Of a DNA stretch of 64,000 nucleotides, positions 1 through 9,123 are shown piece by piece (the first letter of the stretch is position 1; every line of letters begins with the position of its first letter). Source of the stretch: Candidatus Omnitrophota bacterium (GTDB taxonomy: Bacteria; Omnitrophota; Gorgyraeia; Zapsychrales; Fredricksoniimonadaceae); the NCBI GenBank assembly GCA_015232565.1, contig JADFZK010000002.1:57-64056 (forward strand). Reading direction: 5' to 3'. The translations under genes and the position numbers were made by a program. The notes under the pieces were generated by a model that saw nothing but the letters and a program-made list of their open reading frames with translations, did not search any database and was not told the DNA's origin.

Positions 1-17
1 GAAAAGGAGGATTTAAT

Positions 18-1037
18 ATGCCCAAAACAAAGATCATTTGCACTTTAGGCCCGGCTTCGTCGAATGCCACGACTTTGCTTAAAATGATGCGCGCCGGAAT
101 GGACGTGGTGCGCCTGAATTTCTCACATGGGACCCACGAGGAACATCTGGAGCGCTTTCGCCTGGTCCGTCAGTTAAACAAGAAGTATCGCCGTAATATC
201 CTGATACTTGGGGACCTGGAAGGTTATCGGATCCGGATCGGTTCCCTTAAGGATGGCAAGCCGGTTGAGGTTAAGAAGGGCCAGCGCCTTTGGTTTTCGC
301 CTGGGCAGGCGGCGGTGGGAGGGGACGTCATCCCGTTTGACTATGATGGTCCTTTAAAGGATATAATGACCGGCCAGCCGATCTTTGTGGACGATGGCAC
401 TATAGCCCTGGAGGCCGAGGGTATAGAGAAACAAATGCTCAAAGTTCGGGTAGTCATCGGCGGGCTAATTAAGGAACACAAAGGCGTTAATATTCCGGAT
501 GCCAAGCTGAGTTTCAAGGGCGTTACCGCCAAAGACCGTTTAAACCTGGCTTTCTGCCTGGAGAATAAGGTGGACTTTATTGCCCAGTCTTTTGTGCGCA
601 GTAAGGTTGATATCCTGGCTCTTCAGTCTTTGATCAGGAAACATAGCCATAAGCCGCAAGTTATTGCCAAGATCGAAGATCGAGCGGGACTGCGCAATAT
701 TGATGCTATTATTAACGTAAGTGATGGTATTATGATCGCGCGTGGTGATATGGGGGTCTCTTTGCCGATCTGGGAAGTCCCTCTGATCCAGAAGGCTATA
801 ATCCGGAAATGCAATTTGGCCAGGAAACCGGTTATTACCGCCACGCAAATGCTGGAAAGCATGACCGAAGAACGCTTGCCAACCCGCGCGGAAGTAACGG
901 ATGTGGCGAACGCTATACTCGATGGCACCGATTATGTTATGCTGTCCGGTGAAACAGCCGTGGGGGTTAATCCCGCCGGTTGTGTGGACATGATGAACAA
1001 AATAATTGTTTATACTGAAAAGAATGGTTCGCTGTGA
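18..1037 (+). CDS. pyk: Pyruvate kinase, short form (339 aa; barrel domain only, lacks C-terminal regulatory domain)
   Basis: N-terminal '[10 protein letters not shown]', 'MIARGDMGV' and 'MLSGETAVG' PK signature motifs; GGAGG RBS at 5-9; ends 23 aa after the MLSGETA motif with a GTGA overlap into rsmD. Confidence 0.8.
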   Translation: MPKTKIICTLGPASSNATTLLKMMRAGMDVVRLNFSHGTHEEHLERFRLVRQLNKKYRRNILILGDLEGYRIRIGSLKDGKPVEVKKGQRLWFSPGQAAVGGDVIPFDYDGPLKDIMTGQPIFVDDGTIALEAEGIEKQMLKVRVVIGGLIKEHKGVNIPDAKLSFKGVTAKDRLNLAFCLENKVDFIAQSFVRSKVDILALQSLIRKHSHKPQVIAKIEDRAGLRNIDAIINVSDGIMIARGDMGVSLPIWEVPLIQKAIIRKCNLARKPVITATQMLESMTEERLPTRAEVTDVANAILDGTDYVMLSGETAVGVNPAGCVDMMNKIIVYTEKNGSL

Positions 1038-1621
1038 AGATAATCAATGGTAAAGATTCCGGGCGTAATATATTTATGCCTGCCCATATCCGCCCGACGC
1101 AAAACCTGTTGCGTAAAGCAGTGTTCGATATTATCGGCCATGACCTCGAAGGCCTGTCTTTCCTGGATCTTTTTTCGGGCAGTGGGGCCATGGGGTTTGA
1201 GGCCTTGTCTTGCGGCGCGCATGAGGTTTGCCTGATCGAACGCGACCCCAAATGTATTGAGGTGATCGAAGAGAACCTGATGATCATCAAGCCCGGAGAG
1301 CGCGGCCAGAGGGCAGATTTGATTACCAAGGATGTTTTTGCTTCGGTCAAGTTGATGGCCCGTGAAGGACGAAAATTTCATGTGGTTTTCTTCGACCCGC
1401 CTTTCGACCAGAAACTGGGGAGAAAAACCTTGAAAACCCTCCTGACGCATGATATATTACACCCCAATTCGTTCCTGGTGGCACAGTACGGCACGGATGA
1501 AACTCTGCCTGAGCTCGACGGTGTTGTGGAGATAGCAGGCAGATTTTTACTTGTCCGGGACAAGGTGTATGGCTCATCCCGTTTAACGATCTTCGAGCGG
1601 CAGTCCACAGAAAGTGTCTGA
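1034..1621 (+). CDS. rsmD: 16S rRNA (guanine966-N2)-methyltransferase RsmD
   Basis: '[19 protein letters not shown]' SAM-binding motif and 'FFDPPF' motif; GTG start overlapping pyk stop. Confidence 0.85.
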   Translation: MKIINGKDSGRNIFMPAHIRPTQNLLRKAVFDIIGHDLEGLSFLDLFSGSGAMGFEALSCGAHEVCLIERDPKCIEVIEENLMIIKPGERGQRADLITKDVFASVKLMAREGRKFHVVFFDPPFDQKLGRKTLKTLLTHDILHPNSFLVAQYGTDETLPELDGVVEIAGRFLLVRDKVYGSSRLTIFERQSTESV

Positions 1622-1622
1622 T

Positions 1623-2105
1623 ATGGTGCGTAACGCTATTTATCCGGGAAGTTTTGATCCCGTGACCTATGGGCACCTGGATGTTATGAAACGGGCCGCT
1701 TTGATATTTGGCAAGGTGGTAGTGGCGGTAGCCAATAACCCGAACAAAAAATATTTGTTCTCGCTGGCCGACCGGGTGGCTATGGTCAAGGAAGCTACCA
1801 AAGGAATGAAGGGGATCGTGGTAGAAGGTTTCGACGGTTTGGTGGTCGACCTGGCTAAACGCCGGAAAGCCGGGGTTTTGGTGCGGGGGTTACGGATGAC
1901 CGCCGATTTTGAATATGAGTTCCAGATGGCCGAAACCAATCGCCGTTTGGCGGAAGATATCGAAACCGTTTTTTTAATGCCTTCGGAAGGTTTTTCCTTC
2001 CTTTCGTCATCTTTACTTAAGGAAGTGGCCAAGTTCGGAGCCAAACTGTCGCCTTTTGTGCCGCCCTGCGTGGTTAAGAAGATGAAGGGCTCTTTTAAAA
2101 GATGA
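1623..2105 (+). CDS. coaD: Phosphopantetheine adenylyltransferase
   Basis: 'AIYPGSFDPVTYGHLDV' nucleotidyltransferase motif; ATG at 1623 fits the CoaD N-terminus better than the GTG at 1614. Confidence 0.9.
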   Translation: MVRNAIYPGSFDPVTYGHLDVMKRAALIFGKVVVAVANNPNKKYLFSLADRVAMVKEATKGMKGIVVEGFDGLVVDLAKRRKAGVLVRGLRMTADFEYEFQMAETNRRLAEDIETVFLMPSEGFSFLSSSLLKEVAKFGAKLSPFVPPCVVKKMKGSFKR

Positions 2106-2629
2106 AGATCAAGATCCGCGAAGTGCCGTTGTCCGGCATGGCATATACGGATCAGGCGCTGGCCGCTGATTTAGATATTGTAGATGATTTTATCGACTCC
2201 CGGCGGCCTGTTGTGGTAAGCGGGACGTTAACGCGGATCGAAGATTACATAATAGCTAACGTGACAGTTTCTTATTACCTGGCTATGGTTTGTGCGCGTT
2301 GTCTGACCGATGTTCACAAAGCAGGTACGGCCGTATATGATCTTGAGCTTGAGTTTGGACCGAAAGATGAATATGTTGACCTGGGCCGGGCTGTACGGGA
2401 TGAATTATTAATAAGTTATGACCCGCATACTCTGTGCGGGGATGATTGTAAAGGTCTCTGCACCGGTTGCGGTGCGGATCTGAATAAAGAAAAATGCCAG
2501 TGTGATGTTAAACCGATGAAAGGAAGTAAGGGAAATGCCAAATCCAAAAAGACAACATTCCAAAGCCCGCTCACGCCGGCGCCGGACGCATCAAAAGCTC
2601 ACGATCACCACAGCCAGCACCAAGGTTGA
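2102..2629 (+). CDS. YceD/DUF177 family protein (large-subunit rRNA accumulation protein, usual neighbour of rpmF)
   Basis: Acidic protein with a C-terminal CxxC...CxxC pair ('CARCL', 'CTGCGADL'); conserved position immediately upstream of rpmF; its 3' end overlaps rpmF by 95 nt. Confidence 0.7.
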   Translation: MKIKIREVPLSGMAYTDQALAADLDIVDDFIDSRRPVVVSGTLTRIEDYIIANVTVSYYLAMVCARCLTDVHKAGTAVYDLELEFGPKDEYVDLGRAVRDELLISYDPHTLCGDDCKGLCTGCGADLNKEKCQCDVKPMKGSKGNAKSKKTTFQSPLTPAPDASKAHDHHSQHQG

Positions 2630-2735
2630 AGGCAGCAAGGCGGGTATCTCTCACCGGATTTGTCCGATCACTGGTTGCTATAAGGGCCGGCAGGTCGTGG
2701 CGCCTAAAGTAAAGAAAGCCGCAAAGAGCGCGTAA
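2535..2735 (+). CDS. rpmF: 50S ribosomal protein L32
   Basis: 'MPNPKRQHSKARSRRRRTHQKL', typical L32 N-terminus; GGAAGTAAGGGAA-type purine-rich stretch upstream. Confidence 0.85.
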   Translation: MPNPKRQHSKARSRRRRTHQKLTITTASTKVEGSKAGISHRICPITGCYKGRQVVAPKVKKAAKSA

Positions 2736-2807
2736 AGCAGGCTGTTACCCAGCTGACTTTATCGTTATTTTCAGCACCCTAGTGTATTGAGTCTAATGCT
2801 TCTTTTT

Positions 2808-2938
2808 ATTTGAAGAGCATTTGAAAATCGAAAATAGACCGCAATGGAGCCAAATGTTTTATTATTTCTCCATTTTCGATTGCTCCATTGCTCCAGTGTG
2901 GTGATTTAAATGTAAACTACATATAAATCACCACACTA
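2808..2938 (+). repeat. Structured intergenic repeat element, copy 1 (about 130 nt; second copy at 33041-33173)
   Basis: About 92% identity to the 33041-33173 copy. Internal complementary blocks: gagca...atcgaaaat / attttcgat...tgctc, and gcaatggagc (2841-2850) / gctccattgc (2882-2891). 13-bp perfect hairpin agtgtggtgattt (2895-2907) / aaatcaccacact (2925-2937). Confidence 0.75.
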
Positions 2939-3025
2939 GATACGCTTAGTCTTTAATTTATTCAATCGGCTCATAATTTATTATGGGCAGGTTCCGAACA
3001 GTGAAAATAATATAAGGAGCCGCTT

Positions 3026-4009
3026 TTGAAGATCGTTGTCGATGCTATGGGTGGTGATCATGCGCCGGCTAATATTGTGGCCGGTGTAGTAGATGCTGTC
3101 AAAGAACTGCCGGTCACGATTACTCTTGTTGGCATATCCGACCGGGTCAACGCTGAGCTGGCTCGATATTCTTATCCCAAGGACCGCATCGAGGTCGTGC
3201 ATGCTTCCGAAGTAGTGGACATGGACGATAACCCGCTGGACGTTATTCGCCGCAAGAAAGATTGTTCTATAACTGTCGGCGTGAACATGCTCAAGAACGG
3301 CGGTTATGATGCTTTTGTTTCGGCAGGCAATACCGGGGCTTTGGTTGCAGCCTCAACCTTTTATTTACGGATGATTGAGGGCGTGGACCGTCCGGGTATC
3401 GGCCTGGTAATCCCGCAGGTTAACGGGGCGGCTTTTCTGATCGATGTGGGGGCCAATGCCGAACCCAAGCCTGAGCATTTGTACCAGTACGGGCTTATGG
3501 CGCGTGCTTATATGCAGATAGTCATGGGCCGCGAGAACCCCTCGGTAGGGCTGGTCAACATCGGCGAGGAAGAAGGTAAAGGCTCCGGGTTCGACAAGCA
3601 GTCGTATGATCTGCTTAAAGAAAAAGTCCCCGGCTTTCTGGGCAATATCGAACCGAACAAGATTTTTGCGAACAAGGCTGATTGTATTGTTTGTACCGGT
3701 TTTGTCGGCAATGTGATCATTAAGCTTTCTGAAGGCCTGATGGAATCCGCGGGTTCGGTTTTGAAACGCGAAATTAAAAAGAATCCTTTGGCCATGGTTG
3801 GCGCTTTGTTGATGATGGGTGCTTTAAAGGCGCTTAAGAAACATGGCGATTATTCCGAATACGGCGGGGCGCCCTTACTGGGCGTGAACGGGATCGTGAT
3901 GAAGTGTCATGGGCGTTCATCCCCGAAAGCAATCACGAACGCTATCCGCGCCACCATGCGCGAGGTAGATCATAACATTCTGGATAAAATAAAGGCCTCC
4001 CTAAAATGA
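3026..4009 (+). CDS. plsX: Phosphate acyltransferase PlsX
   Basis: 'KIVVDAMGGDHAP' N-terminus; TTG start 5 nt after an AAGGAGC RBS; conserved rpmF-plsX-fabH-fabD order. Confidence 0.9.
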   Translation: MKIVVDAMGGDHAPANIVAGVVDAVKELPVTITLVGISDRVNAELARYSYPKDRIEVVHASEVVDMDDNPLDVIRRKKDCSITVGVNMLKNGGYDAFVSAGNTGALVAASTFYLRMIEGVDRPGIGLVIPQVNGAAFLIDVGANAEPKPEHLYQYGLMARAYMQIVMGRENPSVGLVNIGEEEGKGSGFDKQSYDLLKEKVPGFLGNIEPNKIFANKADCIVCTGFVGNVIIKLSEGLMESAGSVLKREIKKNPLAMVGALLMMGALKALKKHGDYSEYGGAPLLGVNGIVMKCHGRSSPKAITNAIRATMREVDHNILDKIKASLK

Positions 4010-4989
4010 ATAAGATCGGGATCATTGCGTTGGGCCGTTATTTGCCGGCTTTAACGCTTACTAATAAAGACATCGAGAAACTGGTGGAGACTACCGACGA
4101 GTGGATCATCACTCGTACCGGTATCCGGGAGCGCCGCATTTCTGCTCCCGGCGAGAAGACCAGCGACCTGGCTATTGCGGCTGCATTGGATGCGTTACGC
4201 AATTCGGCGGTCAAGGCGGAAGATATTGAGGCCATATTTGTGGCTACTGTTACGCCGGACAGCAATTTTCCTTCAGTAGCGTGCCTGGTGCAAAAGGCTA
4301 TTGGCGCAAAGAGAGCTTTTGCTTATGACATCAGCGCCGCCTGTTCCGGCTTTCTCTACGCCTTGACCACGGCCAAACAGTTTATTGCTTCCGGTCAGGT
4401 TAAGAACGCGCTGGTGATCGCGGCTGACCGTTTTACCAGTATCATCGATTGGAAAGACCGTAACACGTGTGTATTGTTTGGCGATGGAGCGGGAGCGGCT
4501 GTCCTGGGGAAGGTGGCGCAGGGGGGTATTTTATCCGAGTATATGATCTCCGACGGCGAAGGGGCTCCTCTGATGGGCGTTATCGCTGATAAGACGCGTA
4601 CTCCGCTAGATGCTTCTGTTGATAGTGCTAAATTACCTTATGTGGTCATGAACGGCCAGGAGTTGTTTAAACATGCCGTACCCGGGATGGCCGAGGCGGT
4701 GGGTATTGCGGCGCAAAAAGCCGGGTTGTCGCTGGATGACATTAAATGTGTAGTGCCGCATCAGGCTAACGACCGCATTATTGCCAGTGTTGCCAAACGG
4801 GCGGGTATTGCCAAGGAACGTTTCTTTATAAATATCGATAAGTATGGCAATATTTCGGCCGCTTCTGTTGTGGTAGCGCTTTGCGAAGCGGTGGAAGCCG
4901 GGCGCATTAAAAAAGGTGATAAAGTTGCTTTGGTGGTTTTTGGCGCCGGCCTGGTGGCCGCGGCGAACATTGTTGAGTGGAGCTACTGA
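4006..4989 (+). CDS. fabH: 3-oxoacyl-ACP synthase III
   Basis: 'AAACSGF' active-site Cys context, 'GNISAASV' C-terminal motif; ATGA coupling to plsX. Confidence 0.9.
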   Translation: MNKIGIIALGRYLPALTLTNKDIEKLVETTDEWIITRTGIRERRISAPGEKTSDLAIAAALDALRNSAVKAEDIEAIFVATVTPDSNFPSVACLVQKAIGAKRAFAYDISAACSGFLYALTTAKQFIASGQVKNALVIAADRFTSIIDWKDRNTCVLFGDGAGAAVLGKVAQGGILSEYMISDGEGAPLMGVIADKTRTPLDASVDSAKLPYVVMNGQELFKHAVPGMAEAVGIAAQKAGLSLDDIKCVVPHQANDRIIASVAKRAGIAKERFFINIDKYGNISAASVVVALCEAVEAGRIKKGDKVALVVFGAGLVAAANIVEWSY

Positions 4990-4990
4990 T

Positions 4991-5914
4991 ATGAAGGATA
5001 TAGCGTTAATATTCCCCGGGCAGGGTGCCCAGAAAGTGGGGATGGGCAAAGAATTATACGATAATATACCGGCGGCCAAAGCGGTATTCGAAAAAGCTAA
5101 TGCTGTTTTGGGGTATGACCTGACGGATATTATCTTCAATGGACCGGAAGATAAACTGATGGTCACCGCCAATTGTCAGCCTGCAATATTTACTATGAGC
5201 ATGGCGGCTTTGGAAGCATTGCGGGACAGTGGACGGTTAGCCAGTGTTAATGTCCTGTATACTGCTGGGTTAAGTCTGGGTGAATACGGCGCTCTGTGTG
5301 CGGCCGGGGTACTTTCTTTTGAAGACGGCTTAAAATTAATTCAGAAGCGCGGTAAGTTAATGGAAGAAGCGGCCAAAGCCAATCCGGGAAGAATGGCGGC
5401 TATTATTGGCATGGACCGGGATATTTTGGTCGAGATTTGTCGTGAAGCAGGTTGTGAGGTGGCCAATTTTAATGCGCCCGACCAGATTGTGATCACTGGC
5501 CTGGCTGATAAAGTAAGCCTGGCTTGCGACCGCCTGACCGCTGCTGGATGCAAGAAGATCTTCCCACTGGATGTTGCCGGGGCTTTTCATTCCTCCTTGA
5601 TGAGGCCGGCCGCTGACCAGTTTGTGGCGGCTTTATCCGCAGTACCGCTTAAAGACAGTAAAATCCAGGTGATTACCAATGTAACCGGTGCTCCTCAGCA
5701 AAATGTTGAGGATATCAGGGCTAATTTAGCCAAACAGATCTATTCCTCTGTTCAATGGGTTGACACTATTTCTTATATGGCTTCTCAGGGGATAATTGAT
5801 CTGGTCGAGTTCGGGCCGGGTAAAGTCTTAAAAGGCCTGGTACGCAAGATCAATCCTGCCCTGAATGTGTTGAATTGTCAAAACCCCGACGATATCAATA
5901 CGATAGCTTTTTGA
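4991..5914 (+). CDS. fabD: Malonyl-CoA:ACP transacylase
   Basis: 'IFPGQGAQ' and 'GLSLGEY' (active-site Ser) motifs; the ATG at 4991 (MKDIAL) is preferred over the upstream in-frame start that overlaps fabH. Confidence 0.9.
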   Translation: MKDIALIFPGQGAQKVGMGKELYDNIPAAKAVFEKANAVLGYDLTDIIFNGPEDKLMVTANCQPAIFTMSMAALEALRDSGRLASVNVLYTAGLSLGEYGALCAAGVLSFEDGLKLIQKRGKLMEEAAKANPGRMAAIIGMDRDILVEICREAGCEVANFNAPDQIVITGLADKVSLACDRLTAAGCKKIFPLDVAGAFHSSLMRPAADQFVAALSAVPLKDSKIQVITNVTGAPQQNVEDIRANLAKQIYSSVQWVDTISYMASQGIIDLVEFGPGKVLKGLVRKINPALNVLNCQNPDDINTIAF

Positions 5915-5969
5915 AGTAAAATCAATAGTATTCCTTCTCGGCCGCGCTGGATAAGGTTAGAACTAAGCT

Positions 5970-7466
5970 ATGGATATGCGCCTGTTTCTTAGCCGTATTG
6001 GTGTTCTGCTCGCCGTCTACCTGGTGGTTATTGGCTTACCGGTCTGGCTCGTAATTTATTATCCGCTGGATCGTTTCGGGCCTCTTTTGGCGATGGCTGT
6101 TTTAGCTACCGTCGGCCCCTTCACATACATCTTCTTTCAAAATAAAGCCGCCGAACGTATATTTAAAGATCAACGCCGTTATCAGGCCACTCTGATCCAG
6201 GCTTCTGCCGGGATGGGACGTATCAAGGATATTCGCAAACTCTTGAAATTGATCGTGCGGATCGTTATCCGGGTGGTCAAGGTTGAGCATTGCGCAATAT
6301 ATGTCCTGGACACACCGGGCAACAAGTACACTCTTGGTGCGATGATCTTAAGGCGTCGTCCGGTTATGTTTCCTGCCAGTATGCTGATGGATTCAATCTT
6401 CATTCGGGAACTTACCGCCGGTAGAAGGCCGTTACTTCTGGCGGATGCTGAAAAGAAGATCCGGCGTAATTCTGCCGATAGTCAGATTTTGGCCAAAGAA
6501 TTTTCCGCTCTGCAGGGTGTTCTGGTGGTCCCGGCCATGATCGGGAATCGCTTGTTGGCCTTTCTGGTTCTGGGTCCGAGGATCTCCGGCCAGGCTTTTC
6601 GGGCGGCAGATATCGCCGTGTTCACTGTGGTGGCCAACCAGGCGGCTACAGCAATAGAGAACGCGCTATTCTACGAAAACATGAAAACAACCCAGGAACA
6701 ATTGTTCAAGGCCGAAAAGATGGCTACTATCGGCACTATGGCCGACGGTCTTTCCCATCAGATCAATAATCGGTTGCATGCCATGGGCTTTATTGCCGGC
6801 GGGATGCTGGATACTTTGACCCTGCGGAAAGACTTATTTAATTCACCTGAGCTTAAAGAAGTGGAAAAAGAATTCGCCTATGCTTTGTCGCGGCTTCAGG
6901 ACAATGTGGCCCGCGGCGGGGAGATCGTTCAGGGCATTATGAAATATTCCCGTAAAGGCGACGAAGGCCAGTCTGCTTGCGATATTGATCGCGTTTTAAG
7001 TTCCGCCTGGGAAATGGCGCAGTTCAAGATTAGATCGGATCAAATGAATATTGTAAAACAATACGATCCTATACTGATCCCGAAGGTGCTGGGCAACTTT
7101 ACGCAGTTACAGGAAGTTTTTTTTAATCTGATCGATAATGCTTACGATGCCATGATAGTGCGCAAGTCGCTCGCTGAGGATCCACAATACAGGCCGGAGC
7201 TGGCAGTGGGTGTGGAACCCGACGGTGGACTGGTGCGTATTATCTTTTCGGACAATGGTATCGGGATAAGTGAGCAGGACCGGAAGAAACTTTTTACGCC
7301 TTTTTTTACTACTAAAGCGACCGCCCGCAAAGGGACCGGGCTGGGGCTTTACATTATTCGTAAGATAGTGGAAGATGATCACAGCGGCCGGGTCGAGGTG
7401 GAATCCACGCATATGGGCGGCACTAAGATTATCCTTACCTTGACGCTAGCCAAGGCTGCCAAATAG
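5970..7466 (+). CDS. Membrane-anchored sensor histidine kinase with GAF domain
   Basis: Two or three N-terminal hydrophobic helices, a GAF-like middle region, HisKA H-box 'GLSHQINNRL', HATPase N/G boxes 'NLIDNAYDAM' and 'GTGLGLYI'. Confidence 0.8.
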   Translation: MDMRLFLSRIGVLLAVYLVVIGLPVWLVIYYPLDRFGPLLAMAVLATVGPFTYIFFQNKAAERIFKDQRRYQATLIQASAGMGRIKDIRKLLKLIVRIVIRVVKVEHCAIYVLDTPGNKYTLGAMILRRRPVMFPASMLMDSIFIRELTAGRRPLLLADAEKKIRRNSADSQILAKEFSALQGVLVVPAMIGNRLLAFLVLGPRISGQAFRAADIAVFTVVANQAATAIENALFYENMKTTQEQLFKAEKMATIGTMADGLSHQINNRLHAMGFIAGGMLDTLTLRKDLFNSPELKEVEKEFAYALSRLQDNVARGGEIVQGIMKYSRKGDEGQSACDIDRVLSSAWEMAQFKIRSDQMNIVKQYDPILIPKVLGNFTQLQEVFFNLIDNAYDAMIVRKSLAEDPQYRPELAVGVEPDGGLVRIIFSDNGIGISEQDRKKLFTPFFTTKATARKGTGLGLYIIRKIVEDDHSGRVEVESTHMGGTKIILTLTLAKAAK

Positions 7467-7523
7467 ATATATTATTTTTTCTATTGCATTCAGCCACAGT
7501 TGTTTATAATAAATCAATTCCCT

Positions 7524-7883
7524 ATGCCTAAACTCTTGGTTGTTGACGATGAACTGGATGTACGTGAATTCTCGCGGAGTTTCTTTCAGAAGCGGGGCGT
7601 CGAGGTATTGATGGCGCAGGATGGCAAGGAAGCTTTGCGTTTGATCGAACAGGATGTCTTTGACCTGGTATTGCTTGATGTGCGCATGAATGGCATGAGC
7701 GGGCTGGATGTATTGCGTGAACTCCGTCGTCGTAATATTACGGTCAAGGTAGTGCTGGTTTCCGGGACCGAGGATGAGGGTGCGGTGCAGGAAGCCACCA
7801 GTTTGGGCAGTGTTGGTTTTATCCATAAGCCCCTGGTTTTGGAGGAGCTTAAGAGTGTGGTATTCTCCCATTTTTCTCAGTAA
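7524..7883 (+). CDS. Stand-alone response-regulator receiver domain (CheY-like)
   Basis: 'KLLVVDDE' start and a 'LVLLDVRM' phospho-acceptor Asp region; about 120 aa with no output domain. Confidence 0.8.
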   Translation: MPKLLVVDDELDVREFSRSFFQKRGVEVLMAQDGKEALRLIEQDVFDLVLLDVRMNGMSGLDVLRELRRRNITVKVVLVSGTEDEGAVQEATSLGSVGFIHKPLVLEELKSVVFSHFSQ

Positions 7884-7886
7884 GTT

Positions 7887-9074
7887 ATGTTAGCCACCCG
7901 AATAGACTATAAAAAAGAGCTTGAAGCCGCCAGTAAAAGCATGATCATGGTGCATGATCATTTGCTTTTGATCAAACTGATGGTGCGGATGATCGTGCGT
8001 AAAGTCGATCTGAGCCATGCCGGGATGATCTTGTATGAACCCGCGCTGGATAGTTATGTGCTCAGCGTTTCTCGCGGCCAGGCGGGAGAGCGTATTCCCG
8101 AGAATTTTATCCGTTTTGACCGTGAGCACCCCCTGATAAAAGTCTTCTTCCAGAAAGAGTACAAATATCTGATCACTAACCGCAATGCGCTGGTAGCCGA
8201 CGATATTAACAAACTGCTCTGGCGTGAAAGTGTGATCGAGGGGGTTAACGGTACCCGGGACCTTTTGCATCAGGTTAGTGAGCATATGCCCATGCTTAAC
8301 AGTGTGGCTTGTGTGCCGGCATTTTATCAGCATCAGTTATTGGCTGTACTGCTTTTGGGTGAGAAGCGGGATGGCAGTAAGATGGAGCAGGAAGAACTGG
8401 ATTTCTTTTCTGCTTTGGCGTCCGATGTGGCGATGGCTATCCGCAATGCGCGTTTGTTTGAGGACCTCAAGGTTGAAGCCGACCGTGCGCGTAATTTGTT
8501 TATTCAGACCACAATTGCCTTGGGTTCAGCTATCGAAGCCAAGGATTCCTACACTCATGGCCATACGGAACGGGTTACCAAATATGCGGTTGATATTGCC
8601 CGTCGAATGGTCGACATGCAATTTCTAACGGTCCCGGCCAAGTTCTTTGAGAATTTGTATATTGCCAGCCTTTTGCATGATATAGGCAAGATCGCCGTGC
8701 CGGAATCGATATTGCTTAAACGCGACCGTCTTACCGAGGACGAGTTTAGCATAATACGGACACATCCTTCCCGCGGTGCGGAGATCCTGGCCAATATCCG
8801 CGATTTTGACGGCTGTGTGGCCGGGGTTAAGCATCATCACGAACACTATGATGGCAGTGGCTATCCCGATGGACTTAAAGGGGGCGATATTCCGATCATT
8901 GCGGCGATAATATCAGTGGCCGACGCCTTCGATGCCATGACCAGCGACCGTCCTTATCGTAAGGGGTTCAGCAAAGAAAGTGCGATGATTGAGATCCGCA
9001 AGTTCTCGGGTGTCTGGTTTGACCCTAAAGTCACCGAGGCTTTGGAAGCTTTATACGAACATGGTCAGATATAG
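7887..9074 (+). CDS. GAF domain plus HD-GYP domain protein (putative c-di-GMP phosphodiesterase)
   Basis: 'HGHTERV', 'LLHDIGKIAVP', 'HHHEHYDGSGYPDGLKG' HD-GYP motifs following an N-terminal GAF-like region. Confidence 0.8.
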   Translation: MLATRIDYKKELEAASKSMIMVHDHLLLIKLMVRMIVRKVDLSHAGMILYEPALDSYVLSVSRGQAGERIPENFIRFDREHPLIKVFFQKEYKYLITNRNALVADDINKLLWRESVIEGVNGTRDLLHQVSEHMPMLNSVACVPAFYQHQLLAVLLLGEKRDGSKMEQEELDFFSALASDVAMAIRNARLFEDLKVEADRARNLFIQTTIALGSAIEAKDSYTHGHTERVTKYAVDIARRMVDMQFLTVPAKFFENLYIASLLHDIGKIAVPESILLKRDRLTEDEFSIIRTHPSRGAEILANIRDFDGCVAGVKHHHEHYDGSGYPDGLKGGDIPIIAAIISVADAFDAMTSDRPYRKGFSKESAMIEIRKFSGVWFDPKVTEALEALYEHGQI

Positions 9075-9123
9075 AAGGGCTTGGGTAAATAATCTACAAG
9101 AATTTATTCAGGGAGGTTAGGGT

